Source of the DNA: Fimbriosthenelais zetlandica
Taxonomy: Eukaryota
Direction of reading: 5' to 3'
NCBI GenBank assembly: GCA_977030845.1
Contig: OZ365114.1
Span: 16,926,001-16,990,000, forward strand
Length of the DNA stretch: 64,000 bases
Under the pieces are notes generated by a model. The model was not told the origin of the DNA. It saw nothing but the letters and a program-made list of their open reading frames with translations, and did not search any database. The translations under genes were made by a program, and so were the position numbers. How positions within the stretch are numbered: position 1 is the first letter of the stretch; each line of letters opens with the position of its first letter. Of this stretch, positions 39,401 through 49,800 are shown one piece after another.

Positions 39401-42400
39401 CCAACATTATATTCCAATGCATGCATCGAGGATGGCAGTTGAGATGTATCAGAAGCTACTTGTACAATGTACACATGGAAAGGCGCGCCGAGATTCAAGC
39501 ACATAAGATGCAGTTTTCCATGCTGTCTAAACCAGGAGGGAGATGATAGACAGCAGGCTGAGTGGTTGATCACCAGCATGTCACTGGTAATCTCACCTCG
39601 GGGCAGGTGTTGCTGATTGGCCTGTAGCTGGTCCGAGATAAAAGATAAGACTATAGGACACCCCGCCACCAGTAGAGGCAGTAATGGGTGTAAAATTAGA
39701 CTGGTCTATCAGCTTGTCATCATTCTTACTATATAGCTTCCATCTAGATTATACCCCATATTCTCAAAATAATCTACAGATCTGCTTGAGAAAATCAGGA
39801 CACTGCAACCAGAATCCATTTTAACATAATGCGCATGGATCTTGGCAGCAATTTGTTTTCAAATATATTAAGGAATGCATCCAGATTTGTACAACTTTTC
39901 CATTATTCTGGGATCCCAAAGATCTCCAAGATTCCAAGCATGGAGTTGTAGTTATGATCAAACCTAACCAATATAACCAGCCCTTACTCCATACTGTCCT
40001 GGCTAGAGATGGATATTCCGTCTAGATCAATTAAACCAAGTCATGTATGTAGATACATCTGAGTATAATGGAATTGACCGTTGACCATGCCAATGTACAC
40101 AAACAGTTGTGAGCGAGCAACAAGTGTGACCTATCCCTTGGGGTTAATACATGAAGGCATAGGGTATCAAAACACTAAATACTTCAAGAAAGACTTCAAG
40201 CAAGCACCCATTTACATTGATTTATAGTTCCAAGGTGTCTTAAACCCAATAGCCTCTATACATGTTGTTAGCCATGGCGGGTAGCCAGGAGAGGAATGTG
40301 ATACAGGGCAGTAACCTAGGGTAATATCAATCTATGAAATTGGCCGCTGGCTTCACATGCAGTTTTACATTCTGCTTTGAGCCATCTTGGGTTAAAGATG
40401 AAAGTAGACTATACTATTAAACACATTCCAATGGACAGGGGGAGGCCAATTCCGGCATACTGTGATTCTACAGGGAGGATGGACACACCTCTTCTTATGT
40501 TTGAGGCAATTTTTAATTTTTTCCCTGTCCTCTGGGTTATTTGCTATATCTAGAATTTAGAATATGATCCGGGCAGTCAGTCCATCTGGTGGATTGTGGG
40601 TACTCAGTGTCTGTGCCGCTCACTATTAGGGTTTGGAATTTAGAAAGCCTTTGAAGTCATGTATGCTATACTTTAGTCCACATGTGAATCTGGGTACCGT
40701 ATACCGCCCTTGTGGCTTCAGCAAGCCCACCTTAAATTCAGATGCTGTGGCTTCAGAATCTCATGAGGGTAGTGGGTTCGTTAACCCCTTTGAGGTATAT
40801 GCACAATTTTTATGACAACATATCTATAAATTCTGTAACCAAAAGTCAACCAGAGTAAAATGTTCAGGACCTACCAGACCTCAGAAAACTATTTTCTCGC
40901 CCCATTATCTGTCTAAGTGATTACGTTGGCATGCATCAGCATTGGTTTGGATAAATATGCATGGATTGTTGGTAGACGGCCATTATCCCTCTACATGCAA
41001 GGTATTTAGGGTTGGTTGTAAGTAGGGGTTGTTAAGCAGATGGGCAGTAGATCAGAAGATGTGAGTTTACCATCAGCCTTGTACTGGATCCCACCAACAA
41101 GCCCCAAAACATCCCCTTCCATTACTTCTGACCTTTCTCCCTCAGGGGAAGGTGTTGGGTTTGGAGGATAAAGGTTTCGGCTGGGGATGGGGCAAAGCAA
41201 GCTATAGCTATGTCAGTCAGTCAGCTGTCATAACTCGCCCCAATTCTTCTCCTCTCCTCCAGTGCACTGCAGCTTTTTGAGAAGGTTTGAGAGAGAAGTA
41301 TGAGGAGAGAGCGGGAGGAGGGGACTATTTTGGAGGTCATTCATCTATCACAATAAGCTTTGACGTGGGTTTATCAATGCGCAGCCTTGCCATATGTTCA
41401 AGGCGAGTGCATCTGTATACAAACGGTGTTATATGGAGAGTATGATGAATGACTCCATGTCATAAAAGCTGAGAGGTTTTAAATGAACTCCCTCTGTCTC
41501 AATCTACATCCCAAAGGCAATCGATGCCAAAAACCGAAAAATGTTGACCACAATGTTGGCACTTCCAGGCGTGCCGTTCATATTTTTTCTATGGACTGCA
41601 TGTAAACCTATGTAGAAAATCCTTGGTTTAAACATAGAAGTATGAGTGATGTTTTGGAAGGTTCCCAGCGGGGAGAGATGCTGTGTTGATGGGTACTAAA
41701 CATCATTTATGAATGGATGGGCGGATGAGCAACTCAAATCTGATATTACAGTTTTGGGAACAGTAGGGGTGAAGAGTAAAGTTCTAATTGAAGCTTTAAA
41801 ACTATTAGGATTCTTCTCAGTCGAGGCATGATTTTTTAAACAGGTACTGCACTGCCAGGACAAAGTTTACCAACACTGCAATAAGGATGATTTTGGTCTG
41901 CAGTTCTAGGATATCCAACACCGATATCTTGCCCATCATTTTGGCTGAGTAAGCTGAACACCATCGCCTCTACATCATCCGTGCTCCCCCTTCCCTAGCT
42001 AAACTCATAAATAAACACCTCTTACTCATAAACTATATCAGGCGCATATTCCTAGAAGTTTTGTACCGAATGTAGGCCATAACCTGTTGCCTTCTAAAAT
42101 TTCATTTTGGACCTGTGACTCGGGTACAAGAGGCCCCACTGTGTATACCTCAAGATCAGCAGTCTCAGCACACCATGGATAAACACTGGGAGCCCAGCAC
42201 ACCAGCGCCAGCCTCCGACTCCCTCACCCATCTTAACTCCAGTCTCAGAATCCTCCACCACTCCCACCACTATACCCTCACTCGGTGCACTTTTGTGACG
42301 GCCCCCAGGCTTCTCGCCATTTTGAACGCCCCATCCTAGCAGACAGACACCGTGTGCTTTCATGCTTTTTAAACATGGTTTCAGAGGATTACACGGGCTG

Positions 42401-42701
42401 ATATTTTTCATGATAGTAGACAAGATATGCATGCATTCCCTGAGATAAGATAATGAGTGAGAAATAGATTACTTACAGCGTTAACCGTTGTTATGCAGAT
42501 TATTGCTAGAGCTAGCCTGAAAAGAGAACCATAGAGAAGATGGAGAGGTGACCCTACATTCATTCAACACAGGGTTCAATACATACAGAGATTATTGATA
42601 TAAAATAATACAGATGGCTTAAGATAAATCTGGGGATGTGTGCCTACTTACCATAATGTTTTATCCCTAGAAAAAGGGTTTGTTATGAGTGGTTCGTCCA
42701 T
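236..42701 (-). CDS. COL4A2: Collagen type IV alpha2-like chain, 5' portion (3' part lies outside the window)
   Basis: complement exons 42652..42701, 42477..42516, 31314..31442, 4483..4617, 2783..2827, 2522..2584, 2094..2216, 1941..1976, 1734..1796, 1058..1249 and/or 236..427. All are GT-AG and in frame: [30 protein letters not shown]|[24 protein letters not shown]|[29 protein letters not shown]|[15 protein letters not shown]|..GLDGCNGTQ|... The motifs CxxC..GCxCxxEKG, [13 protein letters not shown] and GLGF match the alpha2 class (let-2, human COL4A2; from memory). Confidence 0.88.
430..530. repeat. Imperfect (CAA/CAG)n microsatellite, read as UUG/CUG in the alpha2 pre-mRNA, directly upstream of the exon Y acceptor
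   Basis: aaagcaacaacaacaaaaacaaacaac...gcagcagcaacagcaacaacaaaaacagcagcagcg. Confidence 0.85.
1058..1249 (-). CDS. COL4A2: alpha2(IV) 192-nt exon X (candidate mutually exclusive exon)
   Basis: cctatag|GGA...AAG|gtttgt; encodes [64 protein letters not shown]. Confidence 0.9.
2255..2470. repeat. Degenerate purine-rich minisatellite in alpha2 intron 6
   Basis: Core GGAGGGAGATAGCTGTAGAAA(A)GGGCGAAT at 2298 and 2375, a truncated copy at 2430, and a partial copy near 2257. Confidence 0.75.
10789..11021. repeat. 35-bp minisatellite, about 6.7 copies
   Basis: Unit GTAGCCTGA(A/G)ACCCGAAAGTCACAGTCCAAGC(C/T)GA starts at 10789, 10824, 10859, 10894, 10929, 10964 and 10999, head-to-tail with no spacers. 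Confidence 0.97.
14009..14470. repeat. Diverged direct duplication of about 110 bp (period 353)
   Basis: AACCTCAGAGGGAAAACT is identical at 14009 and 14362. Similarity continues (tgttgccacgtaataaaacaaggctc vs tgttgtcacctaataaaactgggctc). Confidence 0.75.
16195..16700 (-). mobile_element. Possible decayed non-LTR retrotransposon (CR1/L2-like) 3' end
   Basis: The minus strand ends in TCAATAAAGATTTAAAAAA. Upstream broken frames (LQ*KRRIR ... [10 protein letters not shown]) loosely resemble LINE ORF2 C-termini. There are many stops and no RT core motif is visible. Confidence 0.3.
25021..25067. repeat. 13-bp perfect inverted repeat with overlapping 8-bp direct repeats (AGACTA/TAGTCT motif family)
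   Basis: ACCAGAGAGACTA (25027-25039), a 10-nt loop, then TAGTCTCTCTGGT (25050-25062). GGTCTTAC occurs at 25021 and 25060. Confidence 0.8.
31314..31442 (-). CDS. COL4A2: alpha2(IV) 7S cysteine exon, isolated between 11-kb and 26.7-kb introns
   Basis: ttttctttttcag|CAATTT...GGCAGCAGG|gtgagt; 129 nt, phase 0-0; encodes [43 protein letters not shown]. Confidence 0.92.
31836..31975. promoter_or_regulatory. Promoter-like motif cluster in alpha2 intron 2
   Basis: GCCGCCATGTT (YY1-like, 31836), CAGGAAGTGACGT (ETS plus CRE half-site, 31862), GACCAATCAG and CACCAATCG (CCAAT at 31900 and 31914), ACCGGAAC (about 31968). Confidence 0.4.
35073..35319. promoter_or_regulatory. Candidate intronic enhancer with two 12-bp palindromes and two DR1 nuclear-receptor elements
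   Basis: TCACCATGGTGA (35073), GGCGGTACCGCC (35113), TGACCTTTGACCT (35275-35287), TAACCTTTGACCT (35307-35319). Confidence 0.4.
42477..42701 (-). CDS. COL4A2: alpha2(IV) signal peptide split over two exons by a phase-2 intron (42652-42701 and 42477-42516)
   Basis: ATG at 42701; TTA TG|gtaagt ... ttttcag|G CTA GCT CTA gives ..[17 protein letters not shown], ending GCT|gtaagt at the predicted cleavage site. Confidence 0.85.
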
Positions 42702-43750
42702 GCTAGAGATGCTCCACTCTGTACCCCTACTCAACGGTGTATGGGGTGCCTATCTCATATGGACGAAATAACCTATAGTCTTCTCTCTCACACACCTGTG
42801 TTTAGAGCACACAGTGACCGCTCGAAGCGGTCAAAATGTCCACGTCCAGCTAATGCAACACTCTGTCCTGCCCTCCGTCGTGGTAGAGTATTCTCCAGTG
42901 GCTGTGTGGACTAAAAGTCCAATAATCCAGCTATGGAGACAGACTTCACACGACCTCACAGACAGAATCTTAGCCTGACTGTACCTCAGAGCATGTGTGT
43001 GTTTGGGGAAGTGGGAGGGGCTAAATCCCCCTCAGCCTCCTCCAAGATACAGCCTGGTTGGGAGAATTTGAGATGCTGCCAAGGCCGGCTTCTTATCAGG
43101 GATTAACTGGGGTTAAAAGTCCAGTGTGGCTATGTTCTGTCAGATTAATATTCACTGACTGAATGGCAAGGATGCATCTAGTTGTGCATGGGTAGTTTTG
43201 GATTGGCTTCTTTTCTATGAAGTGTGGTTTCTTTGAATGTATGGATTGACTAGAAGCCCCGATAAGGGCAGGGCTGGCTTTGATTGACAGACGGATTAAC
43301 TCAGCTCCAGTAGACCACCAGCATCAAAGACACTGGAGGAGCGCAGGAATATCATAGGCCTGCGCCTGGAAACATAATCCTCATTTCAAACATTAGTTTC
43401 TTCCTTCATTGTGGTTTGACCAGGACATACACTACATAATGTGAATAGAACTACCATTAAGTTCATATACCAGGAACATGGAGGAAAAGTACAAGGAGCA
43501 ATTCAGTTGCATGTGAAAGGGTACATAAGAAAATAGTCCTCAGTGGGTTGTGCTCGTAGCTCCGAGCGTCTGCTTTTGCATGTGAGTCTCCAACTCCAAG
43601 ATGGTGGAAACGTAAGCACAAGCCCTAGGAGTTAGAGAGGCTCGGAAAACGTGTGCATCCCTCGCTTTGGCAGGGAGTATGAGTCTAGTTTTATTCTAAG
43701 TAGAAAGCTTAGTGGATTGGAGAGAGACTTAGTGTCTCTGCTGCTTTAGA
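42702..43750. promoter_or_regulatory. Bidirectional promoter and 5' UTR region shared by the divergent collagen IV genes
   Basis: 1049 bp between divergent ATGs. Contains GGGAGGG (43013-43019), an inverted CCAAT box (43202-43206), TGATTGACAG (43281-43290) and four GGATTA/TAATCC sites. Transcription start sites are not determinable. Confidence 0.75.
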
Positions 43751-43837
43751 ATGGCAGCCAGTGGCTTCATATTTAGCTGGACATTACTAGCAGTAAGCCT
43801 ATTATTGACAGAATGGATCCGACCCTCCAATGCCGCG
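43751..43837 (+). CDS. COL4A1: alpha1(IV) signal-peptide exon [29 protein letters not shown]
   Basis: ATG at 43751, hydrophobic core, ends in A-x-A at a GCG|gtaagt phase-0 donor that joins in frame to [10 protein letters not shown]. Confidence 0.88.
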
Positions 43838-46800
43838 GTAAGTACCTATTTCATATACCTTTAAGTAAAGATTTAAATCGTGATAGATCGAATGTATTAT
43901 CAGAAAATATCTATTTACTTATAGGGGTCAGATTAGTAGTTTGGGAACATCGGGTGTCTTCTGATATGAGTGATAAAATATAATGTAAAAGGCTAGGGAT
44001 CGCCAAAAGTCCAGGGCCAGGTGTTCGGGTGGGTTTTGCTGGGGGCCGTCTCAAAAGTCACCGCGTCGGGATAAACAGGGGGCGCCACTGTGCTAGGGTG
44101 AGCACATCTGAGCAGTTCACGGCCGCTTTTGCTCGCGCTCCTCCTCCCATCCACCCACTTCTTTCTCAGAGGAACCTGACGTCATGTTTTGGGGTTCCAT
44201 CGATAGGGACCTTCATGATCCTTTAATATATCACCTGGAAGCATGTCGTAGCCTATATCATTTATCGTATTTTTAAAAGAAGTGAAAATAGCAAGGGGCA
44301 ATGTTCACTGTAAGAATATTAATAATATTTATGTGAAGCTCTAGCATGTAGTACTTTTAAATGGTAAGGTTCCAAGCGTTAGTGTCTGTATTTTGGATCT
44401 CTAAAGGGGACCTGGGTGGGCGAGACTCACAGCCCACTTCGTAGAATATAGCAAGGCATCTGTGGTGGAGGTAGGAGGGGTGGGCGGGGCACATGATATG
44501 AAATGCCTGAGGACCATTCATGTGTATTGAGTATTATATATCCCTTCTCTTTTATCAGATATCAGATATAGCTTACTATTTCTGATTGCTGGAGAAATGC
44601 TGTTGATATGGCATATAGTTCACTTTAGTTAGGCCTGAATAAGTTATTTTGATGATTGATATCCATAATATTATATAGTGGCCTGGGCACAAATCTCTTT
44701 CAACTCAGTTTCAAAAGGGATCCATATGGATAATCCTATCCAATATAGAGGAAAGAGCTGGATTCATTCTACGTAGATTTCTATATGTCTGACTACATGA
44801 CTGATTTAGAAGAAGTTAGAATCGGAAATTTTAAAAAGAAAACCAACTTAACATTGTTGGAAAACGTTTGTTTAACTCCGATCTTCGATGCTAAAAGTTT
44901 TAAAATTACATCAGTGAAAGAATGGGTGCGATATGAACCATTATTTATTATTATTTATCCTAAGACATTCCACAAATGTTTAGGCAGAAGGAGCCCATAG
45001 CTGAAGCTGCCTCCACTCTTTGAAGTTTGTGGTTTAGTCGCTTGACCCGTATTACAACACTTCCCAATGAATGTGTGTGGCATACAATTTGTTTCAAGCG
45101 CTTTTAAGAGTGCGGTTAGCTCAGGTTATCATTGACAGGACTGGCCTGGAGATCGGGGTGGGCCATGCTAACTCTCTCACACTTACAACAGTTTATAAGT
45201 TTCACAAATTGTAGCATGTAGCACTAGGGCTCGGGAAGATAAGCAATCTACTGTCAGGTTTTACCAGCTCTCAGAAGCTGCCGCCCTGGGACTCGCTACA
45301 GACGTGAGTTGTACGTGGCTATCGCCTGATAACCTCCCATGGCGGTCTCCTACAAAGGGAACAAGCGGGTCGGGGAGGTGAAACATTGAGGAATTTATAT
45401 TAAACAATCTCTCCATTTGGCACTCGATCCCTAAGCAATTGTCTTTTAAACCGGGTTTACTATGGACTGAAGGTGTTATTAAAGCTAAATTGAGGACCAG
45501 TCCCGGCCAGATGGCCAACTGATCCCCCCATAGAAAACCATCTTCCTGTACACACACCCGTAATCTTTCCAAATATACACAACCCTAGTGTAGAGATAAA
45601 TATCATGAAGGCAGAAAAATAAACAAAAACATAATCCACAACATATGCTCTGTCATAGATACTGATCCTAACATAAATTTCATGAATTACATATTCCATT
45701 CTCTCTGAGCCCACTTTCTAGACTGGCTTTCTACATTTGTTTTAACCCAGTCTTTTCCTAAAATAACAATCCACCCCAAAGAAGAAAATTATTGGGAAAA
45801 ACTTTCCTCTAGCCACACAGCAGTAGAAAAAGGTGGAGGTTGCAAAGCGGGGTTTGTATATTCGCACCTTGCAGTCACAACAAAGCCAACCTAGCCACAA
45901 CAGCCCCTGCGCCACCTAGATGTAGATCTCTTTAATATTCCCTCTAAGCCATACCCTTTTGTCTCCCAGCCATTGTCTTATACATAAAGACAGGTCAGCG
46001 AAAAAATGGGAGTGGGTTCTACCTAGATGCACTTAAAAACGTAGCAGGTAAAATTATCCGTAAAGAAAGCTGGAGAGTATGTACTTGTTATAATGAATAA
46101 TGTGACTCTTTCTAATGTCAATTAAAAGAGTTGGCAGCAAGATTAATGAAAGCAAAACAATGCATCAGTACCATATTAGTAACCAATTATTACTAATTAT
46201 GGATACACGAGATTGTCTATTTATGACTACATTTTGTGTAGCACGTTCTCCATATTGGAGATGTCCATGTATGTCTGATACGGGAGCAGAATCAGAGACT
46301 GTGATGGTGTATTCGCGTGTTTAGTGCCTTGGTCGTTTGTGTGGCGAGCACCCTCCTTCACCATTTACAATGATATCAAATGCATGTTTGGGAGGGAAGT
46401 ATAGGGTATTATGTTAACCACAGATTGTGGATTAACCACAATATTAGCAGCAAGTGGACACGCCTGATCAATAAAAAAAAACCTAGTGGATACATCCTGA
46501 ATTAATATCATTAAAATGTGTTGTAAATATATATTGTCATCAATTTCTAATTTAATACGTTCAATATTTTTATTTTTCAGTCCATCCCAGGAGCCGCATG
46601 TCAGGGGTGTAGAACATGTATTTGTAGAGGACTTCCCGGGCCACCTGTAAGTTTAATATTCTATTCTATATGACATTGTACTGAAATGCTGTATGTTCTA
46701 ATGCATGTCAGTCATAATTCAGTGAATATGGCATCAAGTTGAATGTGGACTGATAGACGGGTGGGAATGGGAATAAGAATTGGCTGGGTGGGCAATGGCA

Positions 46801-49800
46801 CTTTTCATGCCCCTTCGACCCTGGAGTGTCTCAGTATATTCAGTAAATACTCTTCACCAACTGTTTTACATAGAAGCTCATAGTCCCATTACGGTAAAGC
46901 TGTAATATGCTGAACTCATCAATCTGGCGTGGAGTATAAAGATACTGATGATGTCTCGGTCACGACCCAGTCCCCCGACTCATGATTGAGCATCACGAGG
47001 GAGGAAATGGCCAGTTGGTGAAAAACAAATTAAAAAAAACTCCAGACTTACATGTTTATGCTGACTGACACGTCTAGAAGGCCAAGGCAAATGAAGGGAA
47101 AAAATGTTTATCGCGCCTTGGAGTGGGGGGTGATAGATGGAAGTCGGGGGTGGAGCGTATATGAAAGGATGAGTTTGTTTACGTTCAGTGCCTAGTCATG
47201 ATTTCTAACAAGCATAAGGAAATTGATGATATAGATCTGACATGAAACAACCCTTGCAAATAACTTTACGCGATGTTCAATCTGTTTCTGAAGGACATTA
47301 GAATAATGTATTTCTGATTGATTAGTAAGTGATTTTTTTTGTGATTGATTATTTTCAGGGTATCTCTGGCCTGCCAGGCCTGCAGGGGCCACCGGGTCCA
47401 CCGGGCCCGCATGGCCCTGAAGGGCCGTCAGGTTCCCAGGGTATATTAGGTGTCCGCGGAGAGCCAGGAGATGTAGGCCCCAAAGGTTACAGAGTAAGTA
47501 GCTATCATAAAGAGATAAATCAATGGTTTCAATTGAATTTGAAATAAAATATATTGGAACGTATTACATGATGTCTTATGTTATTTTCAGGGAGATGACG
47601 GTCTTCCTGGATTCACTGGAGTACCTGGTATTCCGGTAAGTCTATGTACTCATTTATCTGGAATGGACGGGCCAAAATATCGTAATTCATTTAATTGATA
47701 GAATACTTTTCATATTGCTTCCGAAATATCAGAATAGCAATTTGCAGTGAAGCTTTGTAGGCTTTCAAATATACGACTATTCATTGTGAAGTCAATGGAA
47801 AGACCGGAAGGGACAAAACCAAAATGAGGTCAGGCAACGATGACGTAGCTTCCGCTGAGCCACGTGACCCGTGTGTCTGGCTGTCCAGCGGGCCATAATA
47901 GAGGTCAGGGAAGTGGCACATTAAGAATGACCTTAAGAATGATATTGAAGACACATGGGTCAAAGGCTGAGGTTGATATGTATAATGGCATGGCTTGCCA
48001 TTTAGTCGTCATGCTATTTACCCCCTAAATGGCACAAGCTTGTGACTTTTGAACTTGATACACAAACACAGACCATCCTTCAAAATTTTAGTATGAAAGA
48101 GTTTTCTTCAGTGATATCTTATTGCTTCTTCGGTTAAAGAAAGATAATTCTCTAAAACATTTATCATGACCTCCCGATGTATGGGCATTTTTGGGGTCTT
48201 GCAGTTTTTTATGACCTTTACTTAGGGGTCTATTATATTCACAAATAAATGCCATTCCTCCCACTATGTTCCTGTGAGATGGCGGATGGACAGATGGGCG
48301 TGGAGCTGGGAGGATATAGAGGTGGTGTATGGTCGTGATAGGGAGTGACATTAATGGTCGTCTAGGTGTATTTGCACGATGCCATGGCCATGTTAAATGA
48401 CTGTTTTATCACCCTCCTCCTTACTCCTTAAGCGTCAGCTTCTGGTCCTAGGGTGAACCTAAGCCAAAGTTTATTTTTTATTCGATTTTAAAGTGGGTCT
48501 CTGCTTGCCTTGCTTTACAATATTAAGGGGAATAGATATACTCAATTCGGTCAAATGTACGTTCAATAATCAGGATTTTGCTCGGTTCTTCCTCTAAATG
48601 ACCATGATGCCAATCATCAATGAGAATGGCACTTCTGATGGATTATGATTCAGATTTATCATGTCCGATATTATCTGGATTATCTAAGCAACTTTAGGGA
48701 AGAGAAGAAACGGCATTCAGTCTGAAGTTTTGACAGGTCTTTGCCTGTCAAACTACGACTCTTCCATGGAAGCCATGGGCCTGTTGAAGGAGAGAGCAAT
48801 AAACAAAGGCCCACCATTGCCTCACGTTTGTTTGTGCCTGTTTACCACCAGTGGCAGTGGAAGACAACACGAGGCAAGGCCCAACACCCACCAACACGGC
48901 ATGTTAGATCATACAATATACAGCTTCCACCAAGTTAACCCACTAAAGACCCACCAATAGACCCGACTACCTCAACAGGCGTCTCTCACTATCTATGTAT
49001 ATCAATGTGGATGCTGCCATTTCCTCTTCATGTCTATTATGAATCAACTTTAGAGGCAGTACGCTGGGCAATAAATATGGAATGGGGAAGAGATATACAC
49101 GACTCGGTTGCATGCTGCTGCGAAACAGCTTCGAAAACATTTCCATTTTTTGTTTAAAAGAAATGGCTTACACAACATTTTATCAAACGTGTTTTCGCAT
49201 GACATCAGTTACCCCATGACAGACGTTTTTATGGCAACCACCTCGAATTTCAAAAAAATCAAAGTGGATAACAATAGCTGAGCTCATAAGCTCATCGAAA
49301 GTCGTTCTCGTCTCTCAGTGTATGGGTCACGACACGTCGTGACGCCACCTACCGGAGGTAAATTCATGCGCCCTCTTGTATCAGTCTTTTCTCTGACCTT
49401 CAAGCGTCCAAGGTCATGTCCCCCTCGAAATGAGCGGGAGATATTTTGACATCACGCTCCTGGACCTGTCAGCATCCAACGGCGAGACTTGGATGGGAAG
49501 TGACAATGTGACAAACGTAATATGGTTTTTGATACACTCAGAGGTGGCATGAAATATTCTGATAATGGCCCTATTTATCACCCAATACGAAAAACCCATC
49601 GATCTTTATGCGTTGATTGACAGGAATTCCAATTGTTCTGTTGCAAATGTGGATGGAAAGGGAAAGCTGATATATTCAAAATATTATAGTTTCATATCCT
49701 GTGAACGGATCCGACGAAGCATGGGCAAATTTACAATGAAGCATGAACCAAAACTTGCCATTTGGGGCCATATTCATAATAAATAATGTACTACCATTCA

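Noticed and set aside
44559-44632. Alternative alpha1 signal-peptide exon ([15 protein letters not shown])
   Set aside because: No good phase-0 donor before the stop; exon 43751-43837 explains the N-terminus cleanly.
45112-45170. tRNA or tRNA-SINE (GGTTAGCTCAG)
   Set aside because: A box A-like start only, with no box B (GTTCRA) or cloverleaf.
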